A stretch of 64,000 nt of DNA from a bacterium (GTDB lineage: Bacteria; Actinomycetota; Coriobacteriia; Coriobacteriales; CADBOM01). Both the position numbers and the translations under genes were made by a program. A model generated the notes under the pieces. It worked only from the letters and a program-made list of their open reading frames with translations, was not told the DNA's origin and searched no databases. This document shows positions 8,145 to 19,545 of the stretch, piece after piece. The stretch spans positions 4,366 to 68,365 of the forward strand of contig JAILQZ010000002.1 in the NCBI GenBank assembly GCA_024698685.1, given 5' to 3'. Each line of letters begins with the position of its first letter. Position 1 is the first letter of the stretch.

Positions 8145-10178
8145 CTAGCGCGCGCCGCCTCCGCCGCCGCCGAAGCCGCCTCCTCCGCCTCCGGAGAAGC
8201 CGCCTCCTCCGCCGCCTCCGCTTGACCATCCGCCGCCGCCTCCGCCGCCTCCATCGCTGGAGGGATGGGCCTCGCGATAGGCGCTCCTGCGAACGTCATC
8301 GAAGCGATCCTCGAAGCGCTCGACGAAGCTATGGCGCCCGAAGAGGCCGGAGTCGCCGGAGGAACCGGACGAGTACCAGACGAACCACGGGACTGTGCTG
8401 GAGCTCGAATCGCGATCGAATAGGCTCGGACGCACTTCCTGCAGCTTGTCGATGGTCTTGTCGGCAACTCCGATCAGGTACGCGTAGACCATGAACTCGC
8501 CCCAAAGCCGAGTGTCCGCCGAAGGCACGTCATCGAGCGTCGCGATGCTCCCCAGCCACTTCTTGAAGGCGCGGCACTTCTCGTAGATATCCGTGGCGCG
8601 CTGAGTCATACGCGGCATGCGCGCTCCGACGATGAGCGAGATCAGCGAGGTGATGAAGAGCCCGATGGTCCACCCGCTGCCCGATATGCCGAGCAAGAAG
8701 AAGGCCGCGATCATCGCGATAACCGAAACCCTCCTGACCTTGGAGCCCCATTGGATGCTCTTCTTGTCCTTGATTCCGATGCGGTTGGCGCTCTTGGTAA
8801 CGACGCTTTGCCAATGCGAGTAGCCGTTGTCGAAAGACACCGCGTGATTATCCGCGAACTCCGCGATCGAAGAGAGCGTCACGGCGCTGCGGTTGCGCCC
8901 GATGCGGCCGAAGAAGAAGCGCAGGGTCTCGTCGTCGATCGGGTCGTTGAAGTCGTCGAAGGCATTCGGCGCGCACTTGAACGCGTAGGCATCCTCCGGC
9001 CTGCGCGCATTCTGGATTCCCGTCGGCACGAGCTCGATCGCTCCCCTGTTGGCCAACGACATCAGCGTGGCGATGAGGTCGGCGCTGCTTTCCTTGCCCT
9101 CACGCCAGATCCGGCCGATCACCGCAGGATGGACGCTCCTGTCGGGCACGTCGTTCCAGTACTCGTAGCGTTGCGTGGGCCTGAGCTTCCTGCCGTACTT
9201 GGCGTAGGCGTAGATCGTGAAGATGATGAGCGCGAGCACAAACGCTGCAGGCAGATAGTGGAGGAATATCTCGAGCGCACGCTGCATGTTGGCCTCGCGC
9301 GCCCAGCTCTGCTCTTCGGCCAGGATGTCATCGAGGATATCCTCGCCCTTATGCGCTGCCAGCGCGGCCTCGGAGGGGTTGGTGATCCAATCGCGCGGGA
9401 AGGTGACACGCGCCTCGGCGAAATCGCCGGGAAAGACGTACGGCGACGAGTATGTGATGCACTTGCCATCATCGCTGAGCGCCACATAGCCGGAAAGGTC
9501 GCCGTGGCCCCATGCGCGCACCTCATCGCCGAGTTCGCCCAGCGTTTTGTTGGGACTGGGCAGCGTCAGCGACATTTCGACCGAACCCGAGGCAACCGCC
9601 CATTCGCTTCCGACGTATTGCCAGTAGAGCTCGGCGACGTCATCGTAGATCGCCACGGCATCGGTGACCGTGTAGTCGATCTCGATCGAGAGCAGCGAGT
9701 CAGTGGCATCGAAGAAGACGTAGATGCCGTTCTCCTCATAGTCCACCGAGTAGCAGTTCTTGCCAGGCCCGCCGTAGTCGCGCCATTCCTCTTGGAAGGG
9801 CACCTCCTCGAGTTGAGCATCTACCGTGATGTCACCGTAATAATCAACCGACCGATCCTTCTGCCTGTACCTCACGCCGTTGACGATGAGCGGATTGTCG
9901 CCGGGCAGAGAGTCGAAGACCCACCATACGCAGGTGAAGCTGCCGTCGAGATCGAAGAGCCTTTCCTCGGTTACGTGGAGGTTGCCGTTGCTCTCCACCA
10001 CCGCATCGATGTGCACTTCGGGCATCGTGTAGTCTTTGGCTTGCGCGCTGTTGAAGTTCGCGGGGAGCAGTGTGAACAGCGCCAGAGCCAGCGCGAAGAG
10101 CGCGAGCGCGGCTACGCGCAGCCTGCGCTGGGGAAGCCTTTCGGCCAAGGTGCCATTTGCGTGGGAAACGTCGGACAT
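8145..10178 (-). CDS. DUF2207-family membrane protein with a Gly-rich C-terminal tail.
   Basis: 677 aa. It has an N-terminal signal/anchor and a DUF2207-like start to the extracytoplasmic domain (YTMPEVHIDAVVESNGNLHVTEERLFDLDGSF). TM helices sit in the middle. The tail is GGGGGGGWSSGGGGGGGFSGGGGGGFGGGGGGAR. Confidence 0.75.
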   Translation of the reverse strand: MSDVSHANGTLAERLPQRRLRVAALALFALALALFTLLPANFNSAQAKDYTMPEVHIDAVVESNGNLHVTEERLFDLDGSFTCVWWVFDSLPGDNPLIVNGVRYRQKDRSVDYYGDITVDAQLEEVPFQEEWRDYGGPGKNCYSVDYEENGIYVFFDATDSLLSIEIDYTVTDAVAIYDDVAELYWQYVGSEWAVASGSVEMSLTLPSPNKTLGELGDEVRAWGHGDLSGYVALSDDGKCITYSSPYVFPGDFAEARVTFPRDWITNPSEAALAAHKGEDILDDILAEEQSWAREANMQRALEIFLHYLPAAFVLALIIFTIYAYAKYGRKLRPTQRYEYWNDVPDRSVHPAVIGRIWREGKESSADLIATLMSLANRGAIELVPTGIQNARRPEDAYAFKCAPNAFDDFNDPIDDETLRFFFGRIGRNRSAVTLSSIAEFADNHAVSFDNGYSHWQSVVTKSANRIGIKDKKSIQWGSKVRRVSVIAMIAAFFLLGISGSGWTIGLFITSLISLIVGARMPRMTQRATDIYEKCRAFKKWLGSIATLDDVPSADTRLWGEFMVYAYLIGVADKTIDKLQEVRPSLFDRDSSSSTVPWFVWYSSGSSGDSGLFGRHSFVERFEDRFDDVRRSAYREAHPSSDGGGGGGGGWSSGGGGGGGFSGGGGGGFGGGGGGAR

Positions 10179-10223
10179 GCTACATCCTCACCGTCGAAGA
10201 ATCGGTCGATCCAATACTCGCCA

Positions 10224-12469
<2,246 letters not shown>

Positions 12470-12583
12470 CTGCGTTCCTGTGGTCGGTACCATCGTTGGC
12501 GGGCCATGCGGTCAACGCCGCGTAAGACCTGCGAAGAACATTCTACATGGATTGGGGGCGCAGCGGGTACACCTATCAGGCGG

Positions 12584-13186
12584 CTAGCCCTCGCCACCCT
12601 CGGCAGACTTGGCAGCGCGCTTGGCGGCTTTGCGGGCCTTGCGCCTTTCGGTGCGCTCCTCGGCCGCCTCCACCATCGAGTACATGCAACCGCAGTAGTT
12701 CTGGCGGTACATATTGGCCTCGCGCGACAAATCAACCGAATCCTGGTACATCTCGCGGTAGTCCGCTGGCAGCGCGACGAGCCCGTGCCGCTCGGCAGCG
12801 GCTTCTAGCTCCTCGTTGATAACCTGGGTGAATTGGTAGGGGCTGACCGAAAGCGACGTGGCGATAGCCTCGAAACCGTTATTCGCGGCGAAATCGGCGG
12901 TGCGCTCGAACCTCAGACGATAGCAGCGCCTGCAGCGCTCGGGGGTGCGCTCCTTGCACTCCCCTATTGCGTCGATCCACCTGTTCGGCACGTATTCGTC
13001 CGCAACGAGCTCGATGCCAAGCGCGCTGGCGTAGGCCTCGATCGTGTCGAGGCGCCGCAGATACTCCGATTCCGGGTGGATGTTCGAGTTGGAGAAGAAG
13101 ATGGCTGTGTCGTGGCCTTGCTGGGATAGCTCTCTAAGCGCCACGGTGGAACATGGCCCGCAGCATGCGTGCAGTGCGACTTTCAT
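12584..13186 (-). CDS. queH: Epoxyqueuosine reductase QueH (DUF208 family).
   Basis: 200 aa. It carries the MKVALHACCGPCS motif and C-terminal Cys residues (RCYRLR, NYCGC). Confidence 0.8.
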   Translation of the reverse strand: MKVALHACCGPCSTVALRELSQQGHDTAIFFSNSNIHPESEYLRRLDTIEAYASALGIELVADEYVPNRWIDAIGECKERTPERCRRCYRLRFERTADFAANNGFEAIATSLSVSPYQFTQVINEELEAAAERHGLVALPADYREMYQDSVDLSREANMYRQNYCGCMYSMVEAAEERTERRKARKAAKRAAKSAEGGEG

Positions 13187-13232
13187 TCAAACCTCTTGGA
13201 ACCTGCAAACCCTTTGAAAACCTGCTTTTGCA

Positions 13233-13264
13233 GACCAAAAGAGGCGATCGTTGCCAATCGCCTC
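13233..13264 (-). terminator. Rho-independent terminator downstream of csp.
   Basis: The stem is gaggcgat (13241-13248) paired with atcgcctc (13257-13264). On the minus strand it is followed by TTTTGGT. Confidence 0.7.
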
Positions 13265-13288
13265 CCCGTAGGATTTCAAACCTTGCAA

Positions 13289-13492
13289 TTAAAGCTTGAC
13301 GACGTTGCTCGCCTGAAGCTTGCCGTTCTGACCAGTGGTGATGTCGAACTCGACTTCAGCGCCCTCGTCCAAGGTCTTATAGCCTTCGCACTGAATCTCG
13401 GAATAGTGGACGAAGAGGTCATCCCCGTCTTCTCTGGAGATGAATCCATATCCCTTCTCAGCGTTGAACCACTTAACTTTTCCTCTTGCCAT
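13289..13492 (-). CDS. csp: Cold-shock protein (CspA family).
   Basis: 67 aa: [33 protein letters not shown]..., with RNP1/RNP2 motifs. Confidence 0.95.
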   Translation of the reverse strand: MARGKVKWFNAEKGYGFISREDGDDLFVHYSEIQCEGYKTLDEGAEVEFDITTGQNGKLQASNVVKL

Positions 13493-13728
13493 TTCGAGCC
13501 TTTCTTCCTTCTTTCGCAGTCATATTCGCTGCTAAAACGCCCTTTTCGGGCTTTTCCAGTTTATCACAGCAAAAAGGCGCGGGCAGCGGCTTTTCAACAA
13601 AATTTAAATTCGTATTGATTTTTTATGACCGAAGCAAGAGTTTATGGGGTAGAAATTGGCGTTTTAGCCAACACTATGGCGGAGTCTGCATGGTTGTCGT
13701 GCAGTGGCGGCTAAACATGGGTGCAAGG

Positions 13729-14154
13729 CTATTCCTCAGGCCAGCGATCGCTTTCGGAAAGCGTGATGAGGAAGGGCTCCGCGAGCTCTTCGACCGTCAT
13801 CGTGGTCAGCTTGACGTCGCACCCGAACGCCGACGCGATGGCCTCTGCCTGGCGCCTGCGCAGCTCCCCAAGGCCAATCTTGCCCTCGGCCTGCAGGAAC
13901 ATCGCGTCGAGGAGCATCGAGCGCACCACGAAGGAGGCGGCCTCGTCGCCCAGATCGCCGATCTGCAGCATCAGCACCATAGAATCGGGATCGAGCGAGA
14001 AGAAGAGCTCCGGATCCATGTTGACCGCATCCCCGATGGCGAGTTCGAGGTCGTCGATATCGGGATTGCCGTCACCTTGGCCGCGCAGAGCCTTGGCGAT
14101 GGCCGTTGCCAAGTCGAGGATCATGCGCATGAGATAGTCTTGCCGAATAGCCAT
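13729..14154 (-). CDS. Hypothetical acidic protein.
   Basis: 141-aa ORF in the same orientation as its neighbours, lying between csp and ruvB. I recognise no family. Confidence 0.5.
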   Translation of the reverse strand: MAIRQDYLMRMILDLATAIAKALRGQGDGNPDIDDLELAIGDAVNMDPELFFSLDPDSMVLMLQIGDLGDEAASFVVRSMLLDAMFLQAEGKIGLGELRRRQAEAIASAFGCDVKLTTMTVEELAEPFLITLSESDRWPEE

Positions 14155-14181
14155 CGATCTCCCCTGCCAAGCGTCTATAGC

Positions 14182-15252
14182 CTAGAGCGGATATGGTATG
14201 CCGAGATGATCGAATGCCCTCTTGGTGGCCACGCGACCCTTTGCAGTGCGGGAGATGAGGCCGCGCTGGAGCAGGAACGGCTCGTAGACATCCTCGAGGG
14301 TGCCCGGGTCCTCTCCGAGCGCGGACGCGAGCGTGCTGAGGCCAACGGGCTTGCCGGCGAAGGTATCCGCCAGCAGCGTGAGAATCTTGACGTCCATCAC
14401 GTCGAGGCCGATCTCGTCGACCTCGAAGAACGAGAGCGCCTCCGAGGCAACCTGCGCGTCGATGTAGCCCTGGGCGCGCACCTCCGCGAAGTCGCGCACG
14501 CGCTTGAGCAGCCTGTTGGCCAAACGCGGGGTTCCGCGGCTGCGGCTGGCGATCTCGAGCGCGCCGTCGGAATCGATGCTGACATCGAGCTTCTGCGCCG
14601 AGCGCACCACGATCTGCGCGAGCTCCTCGGTGCTGTAGTAGTCGAGACGGAATGCCATGCCGAACCTGTCGCGCAGAGGGCCAGTGAGCAGTCCGGTGCG
14701 CGTGGTGGCGCCGATGAGCGTGAAGGGGGCGAGGTCGAGGCGCAGCGAACGCGCCGCCGGGCCCTTGCCGATGACGATGTCGAGGAAGCAATCCTCCATT
14801 GCCGGGTAGAGGACCTCCTCCACAGCACGGTTGAGACGATGGATCTCGTCGATGAAGAGGATGTCGCCGGGCTCCAAGTTGGTGAGCAGCGCCGCGAGGT
14901 CGCCCGCACGCTCGATAGCCGGACCGCTGGTGGCGCGCAGGGAGACGTCGAGCTCATTGGCGACAACGGAGGCCAACGTGGTCTTGCCGAGCCCCGGAGG
15001 ACCTGAGAAGAGGATGTGGTCGAGCGTTCCGCCGCGCTTGAGCGAAGCCTCGATAAGCACGCGGAGGTTCTCCTTAACGCGCTCTTGGCCGATGTACTCC
15101 TCGAGTCTCTTGGGGCGAAGCGAACGATCGATGCCGAGATCCTCGACGCTGAGCTCGGGGTCCATAGTGCGCGATGCTGCGTCATCGTAGGCGGCGAGGC
15201 GCTCGTTGGCGTCCCCAGCCTCCCAGACTACATCTTTCCCATTGGCAACCAA
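14182..15252 (-). CDS. ruvB: Holliday junction branch-migration helicase RuvB.
   Basis: 356 aa with Walker [12 protein letters not shown] and RuvB-like sequence throughout. Confidence 0.95.
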   Translation of the reverse strand: MVANGKDVVWEAGDANERLAAYDDAASRTMDPELSVEDLGIDRSLRPKRLEEYIGQERVKENLRVLIEASLKRGGTLDHILFSGPPGLGKTTLASVVANELDVSLRATSGPAIERAGDLAALLTNLEPGDILFIDEIHRLNRAVEEVLYPAMEDCFLDIVIGKGPAARSLRLDLAPFTLIGATTRTGLLTGPLRDRFGMAFRLDYYSTEELAQIVVRSAQKLDVSIDSDGALEIASRSRGTPRLANRLLKRVRDFAEVRAQGYIDAQVASEALSFFEVDEIGLDVMDVKILTLLADTFAGKPVGLSTLASALGEDPGTLEDVYEPFLLQRGLISRTAKGRVATKRAFDHLGIPYPL

Positions 15253-15262
15253 CTATACGCTC

Positions 15263-15856
15263 CTAAAATCCGCCAAGCCTCTTGAGCGCGAACCGCACGA
15301 TCTCCTGGGTATCGTCTGGTCCAGTATAGCTCTTGATGGCCAGGTTGGCCTCTTCCATGGTGAAGCCCATCGACAGCAACGCCTCGACAGCCTCGGACCC
15401 CTGGATTGCAGGCTGTGCATCAGCACCCGAATCTCCGAGCGACATTGCGGCAAACGACTCGAACGAATCCTTGAGATCGACCAGAATGCGCTGCGCGGTC
15501 TTCTTGCCGATGCCGGGGATCTTGGCGAGACGCGCGGCGTCCTGCGTTGCGATGATTCCCATGAGGTCGTTGGAGCTGTAGGCGGAAAGGGCGCTGATGG
15601 CGACCTTGGGGCCTACGCCTGAAACGCTGATGAGCTTTTCGAAGACGGCCTTCTCCTGCTCGTTGGAAAAGCCGTAGAGGGCCACGCCCGCCTCGGAAAC
15701 CTGCATGTACGTGTAGGCGGTGACCTCCTCGCCGATGGTGCCGAGCGCCTCGGCGGCAACGGAGGGCATGAATACCTGGTAGCCCACCCCGCCGACGTCG
15801 ATGACTACGTATTGCGCATTTCTGGCGGCTAGGAATCCGCGCAGGTAAGAGATCAT
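15263..15856 (-). CDS. ruvA: Holliday junction DNA helicase RuvA.
   Basis: This is the C-terminal 197 codons of the 395-aa ORF 15263..16450, starting MISYLRGFLAARNAQYVVIDVGGVGYQV. Its ATG (15856) overlaps the ruvC stop as ATGA. Confidence 0.9.
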   Translation of the reverse strand: MISYLRGFLAARNAQYVVIDVGGVGYQVFMPSVAAEALGTIGEEVTAYTYMQVSEAGVALYGFSNEQEKAVFEKLISVSGVGPKVAISALSAYSSNDLMGIIATQDAARLAKIPGIGKKTAQRILVDLKDSFESFAAMSLGDSGADAQPAIQGSEAVEALLSMGFTMEEANLAIKSYTGPDDTQEIVRFALKRLGGF

Positions 15857-16374
15857 CGGGCAGCCTCCTTCTTCAAGGATCTCCGCAGCGCGTCGTTGCG
15901 GAAGTTGGCATGGCAGATGGCAGCGCCCAGGGCATCTGCGGCATGATCGGGCTTGGGAACGTGGTCGAGCTTGAGGATTGCGCGTACCATGTATTGGATT
16001 TGCTCCTTGGTGGCCACTCCGTTGCCGACGATGGTCTGCTTGATTTGCAGCGGAGTGTATTCGCCAACCTCGAGGCCGGCCCCGGCAACGGCGACGAGCG
16101 CGGCTCCCCTGGCCTGGCCAGTGGCGATGGCGCTCTTGGCGTTGGCGCTGAAGAAGATCGACTCGATGCCGAGCTCGGTGGGATGGTAGCGCTCGATGAC
16201 GGCGGAGATGCCATCGTAGATCTGCTTGAGGCGCAAGTCGATGGGATCGCCTGCCGCAGTGGAGATGCACCCATAGGCCAGGCAGCTCTTCTTGCTGCCG
16301 GCAACCTCGATGATTCCCCAGCCCGTGTTCGCCAGGCCTGGATCGATTCCCAAGATGAACGTTGGCTGCGACAT
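15853..16374 (-). CDS. ruvC: Crossover junction endodeoxyribonuclease RuvC.
   Basis: 173 aa, beginning ILGIDPGLANTGWGIIE. Confidence 0.95.
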   Translation of the reverse strand: MSQPTFILGIDPGLANTGWGIIEVAGSKKSCLAYGCISTAAGDPIDLRLKQIYDGISAVIERYHPTELGIESIFFSANAKSAIATGQARGAALVAVAGAGLEVGEYTPLQIKQTIVGNGVATKEQIQYMVRAILKLDHVPKPDHAADALGAAICHANFRNDALRRSLKKEAAR

Positions 16375-16540
16375 CTTCCTCGCCTTCGATATGCCGTCGC
16401 AATGATTCTATACGAACATTTGTTCGTGTGCAAGTGGAATTGCTGCGCAAAAAGATCGATGGCAGCGAGGGCGCACTTCGGCACTGCTATCCTAGGGTTT
16501 GCGGCTGTTTGGGCCAACCTAGGCGCCGCAAGCCACAGGG

Positions 16541-16578
16541 TTCTTAATAGGTTCTTAAGGCTCTTAAGGAATTCTTAA
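16541..16578 (+). promoter_or_regulatory. Four phased (T/C)TCTTAA direct repeats; candidate response-regulator binding array.
   Basis: ttcttaa at 16541, ttcttaa at 16552, ctcttaa at 16561 and ttcttaa at 16572, giving spacings of 11, 9 and 11 nt. The array lies 62-99 nt upstream of the RR ATG. A possible TTAACC-17 nt-CATAAT promoter follows immediately. Confidence 0.4.
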
Positions 16579-16639
16579 ACTCGCGACACCTTTAACCTTA
16601 ATCGGCGCCGAGCGCATAATGCTCCACGGGAGGGAAGCC

Positions 16640-17338
16640 ATGTACAACATCTTGATCTGCGACGACGAAAAAGACATCGTGAACGCCCTGAAAATCTACC
16701 TCGCAAACCCAGAGTACCGCTTCTTTGAGGCGTTCAACGGCATCGATGCGCTAAAGATCGTCGAAGATGAGGAGGTCCACCTGGTGATCATGGACATCAT
16801 GATGCCGCAGCTCGATGGCATCTCCGCGATGGCGAAGATCCGCGAGAGCAGCAACGTCCCGATCATCCTCCTGACTGCGAAATCCGAGGACAGCGACAAG
16901 ATCCTGGGGCTCAACGTCGGCGCCGACGATTACATCACCAAGCCCTTCAACCCGGTCGAGGTCGCCGCCAGGGTCCATTCGCAGCTCAGGCGCTACATCC
17001 ATCTCGGATCTGCTGTTGTGCAACCCGATCAGCTGGTCATAGGCGGCATCGAGCTCGACGACAAGGCGAAGGAGGTCCGCCTCGATGGCGAGCCTGTCTC
17101 GCTGACGCCGAAGGAGTTCGACATCCTTAAGCTGCTCATGTCCAACCCGGGGCAGGTCTTCTCTCCCAAGGACATATATCGCGAGGTGTGGAAGGAGGAG
17201 CCGTTCGGCACCGACAAGACCGTGGCGGTTCACATCCGGCACCTGCGCGAGAAGCTGGAGATAGAACCTGCCGAGCCCAGATACATAAAGATGGTCTTCG
17301 GGCAGGGCTACAAGATCGAAGGGAGAGGGAATCGATGA
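16640..17338 (+). CDS. OmpR/PhoB-family response regulator.
   Basis: The ORF runs 16619..17338. I chose the start at MYNILICDDEKD, preceded by GGGAGGGA. It has a receiver domain followed by a winged-helix domain. Confidence 0.9.
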   Translation: MYNILICDDEKDIVNALKIYLANPEYRFFEAFNGIDALKIVEDEEVHLVIMDIMMPQLDGISAMAKIRESSNVPIILLTAKSEDSDKILGLNVGADDYITKPFNPVEVAARVHSQLRRYIHLGSAVVQPDQLVIGGIELDDKAKEVRLDGEPVSLTPKEFDILKLLMSNPGQVFSPKDIYREVWKEEPFGTDKTVAVHIRHLREKLEIEPAEPRYIKMVFGQGYKIEGRGNR

Positions 17339-19398
17339 GTCGATCCTTTGATAACCTGAACGAGACCGCCGAACTGGCCGCGGAGACCACCGAGCTGAAG
17401 ATGCCCAAGAACCGCCGTTGCTCGAATGGCTACAAGGGAAGCATGTTCGCCATAGCGCTGATATTCGCGCTCGCGTTCTTCGTCTGCCTGGGCACCGCGC
17501 TCTACGGAGGCACGAAGTACGACATTTACGGCGCGGACTCTGAAAGCGACGCACTCGCCGCCGCATACAAGAGCGTCGCAGGAGGGATGATCGCCGGGAT
17601 GACCTCCGAGGCAATCGACCATGATTCGCCCGACCGCGTCACCGCGAACGGCAAGAAGAACATCATCGGCATCGTCGACGAGACGAGCCTTACGTCCGTC
17701 GCGATCTACACCGCCGCAAATGGCGATGAGCCGCTACTCGTCTACGAGGGAGATGACTTCGCCTCCGACGACGTGTGGCTCAGCATGGAGGTCTGGGTCG
17801 AGGTCGACGGATCCGATCTGGTTCAGGAGGACAAGCCGCTCGATTACGTCTACTACGACGAGGAGGGCAACGAGATCGACGGCAGCGGCGAGCTGATGGA
17901 GAGCAACTCCGAAACGGTCATGTACACGGTGGAATGCACCGTTTCGGCCGAGCCCACCATGGACGGCGCCATCCTCACCGCCTTCAAGGAGTGCACGACG
18001 CTCTACAGCATCCGCTGGATCCTGGTCGGACTGATGATACTGTTCTTCGCCATCGCGCTCGCAGCCTTCATCGCACTGCTCAAGAGCGTCGGGCACCGCC
18101 CCGACGCCAACGGGCTCGTTCCCGGCCGCTTCGCCAAGATCCCGCTCGACATCTTGACCGTCGCCGTGGTTGCGATAACGGCTCTGATGATGTTCCTGCT
18201 CGAAGCCATAGGCTCTCACATCCTCGCAGGCTCGGGCTTCGTATCGGCTATGATCGGGCTGTCGCTCTTCGGCGCGATCGTCGGCGCTGTGGTCATCCTC
18301 TGGTCGATGGCGCTTGCCAGCAGGATCAAGATGCACACGCTCGTAAGCGGACTTGCGGTCACGCGCCTCTTCCGCTGGATAGGCCGTTGGCTCAAGCGCT
18401 TCGGCCTCATCAAGCGCACGGTGATCATCATCGCCGCGGTAGTCATCATCGAGCTCATCGCTGTCGCGATCTTCATCAACGAGTGCGACATGGAAGGGCT
18501 CGTTATCTTCTTCGTCCTCCTGAACGTGATCTTCATAGTGCTGGCCATCGGAGCGGCCTGGTCTATGCGCGGGCTCGAGGAGGCACGCGAGCAGCTTGCC
18601 GCCGGCAACTACGACTATCGCGTCGACACCTCCAAGATGCGCGGTGGCCTGAAACGCCACGGTGAGGAGCTCAACGCGATCGCCGAAGGACTCGCCGAGG
18701 CTGTCGAGGAGGGTGTTCGCAGCGAGCGCATGCGCACCGAACTGATCACCAACGTCTCGCATGACATCAAGACCCCGGTCACCTCGATCGTCAACTACGC
18801 CGACCTGCTCTCGAAGGAGGAGACCGACAACGAGAAGATCCGCGAGTACACAGAGGTCATCGGGCGCCAGGCCAACAGGCTCAAGCATCTCGTCAGCGAT
18901 CTCGTCGATGCCTCGAAGGCCTCGAGCGGAACGGTCGAAATCAATCTCGAGCGCTGCGACCTCGGGATCATCCTGAGCCAGGTCGTCGGCGAATTCGAGT
19001 TCAAGCTCGAGGATCAGGGGCTGCAGCTGGTCATCGACACGCGCGCGGAGAACGTTGCGATCAACGCCGACACCAGGCACCTTTGGAGAATCTTCAACAA
19101 CCTGATGGGCAACATCTGCAAGTACTCCGCCCCCGGCACGCGCGTCTACGTTACGCTCGAGACGGTTGGAGACGCGGCGGTCATCACGTTCCGCAACACC
19201 TCGCGCGACCCGCTGAACATCACGGCCGACGAGCTGATGGAGCGCTTCGTGCGCGGCGACCAGTCGAGGAGCACCGAGGGCAGCGGCCTAGGCCTCGCGA
19301 TCGCGCGCAGCCTCACCGAACTGCAGCGCGGCACGTTCGACCTGAAGATCGACGGGGACCTCTTCAAGGCGATCCTTTCCTTCCCCACCTGCGTCTAG
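17335..19398 (+). CDS. Sensor histidine kinase. It has a large N-terminal extracytoplasmic region, a multi-TM block, a HAMP-like segment and HisKA plus HATPase domains.
   Basis: The ATG at 17335 overlaps the RR stop as ATGA. The H-box is ELITNVSHDIKTPVTS and the G-box is GSGLGLAIARS. Confidence 0.9.
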   Translation: MSRSFDNLNETAELAAETTELKMPKNRRCSNGYKGSMFAIALIFALAFFVCLGTALYGGTKYDIYGADSESDALAAAYKSVAGGMIAGMTSEAIDHDSPDRVTANGKKNIIGIVDETSLTSVAIYTAANGDEPLLVYEGDDFASDDVWLSMEVWVEVDGSDLVQEDKPLDYVYYDEEGNEIDGSGELMESNSETVMYTVECTVSAEPTMDGAILTAFKECTTLYSIRWILVGLMILFFAIALAAFIALLKSVGHRPDANGLVPGRFAKIPLDILTVAVVAITALMMFLLEAIGSHILAGSGFVSAMIGLSLFGAIVGAVVILWSMALASRIKMHTLVSGLAVTRLFRWIGRWLKRFGLIKRTVIIIAAVVIIELIAVAIFINECDMEGLVIFFVLLNVIFIVLAIGAAWSMRGLEEAREQLAAGNYDYRVDTSKMRGGLKRHGEELNAIAEGLAEAVEEGVRSERMRTELITNVSHDIKTPVTSIVNYADLLSKEETDNEKIREYTEVIGRQANRLKHLVSDLVDASKASSGTVEINLERCDLGIILSQVVGEFEFKLEDQGLQLVIDTRAENVAINADTRHLWRIFNNLMGNICKYSAPGTRVYVTLETVGDAAVITFRNTSRDPLNITADELMERFVRGDQSRSTEGSGLGLAIARSLTELQRGTFDLKIDGDLFKAILSFPTCV

Positions 19399-19453
19399 CC
19401 GCGCTGGCAACATAGCCGCGCCGGCAGCATAGCCGCGCCCGTCCCGCACCACC

Positions 19454-19492
19454 AAAAGGCCGCACCCGAGCGATTCGGACGCGGCCTTTTCG
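19454..19492. terminator. Bidirectional-looking terminator hairpin after the kinase gene.
   Basis: aaaaggccgc (19454-19463) pairs with gcggcctttt (19481-19490). Confidence 0.6.
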
Positions 19493-19545
19493 TTCGGACG
19501 CGGCCTTCGCTTGCTGATTCCGCGATCGCAATGGCCAAAAAACTG

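Noticed and set aside
8148-8260. Short-period DNA repeats, considered as CRISPR-like or satellite arrays. The same applies to 58560..58760.
   Set aside because: Both lie inside ORFs and encode low-complexity protein tails (poly-Gly and Ala/Glu-rich). There is no repeat-spacer organisation and no cas genes in the window.
7912-8494. Arg-rich ORFs (for example MVKRRRRRRRLLRRRRRR... and 8093..8494 on the plus strand).
   Set aside because: They are alternative-frame or antisense readings of the GGC/GCC simple repeat that encodes the Gly-rich tail of the DUF2207 protein, plus the secD-upstream intergenic region.
15857-16450. N-terminal extensions of track ORFs: ruvA as 395 aa, pit as 514 aa (to 32828), the kinase from 17188, secD from 7985 and the Mo-enzyme from 63085.
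   Set aside because: Each extension overlaps the upstream gene in another frame and is Arg/Pro/Gly-rich. The internal starts I chose restore canonical N-termini and have RBS-like sequences or ATGA/TAATG coupling.
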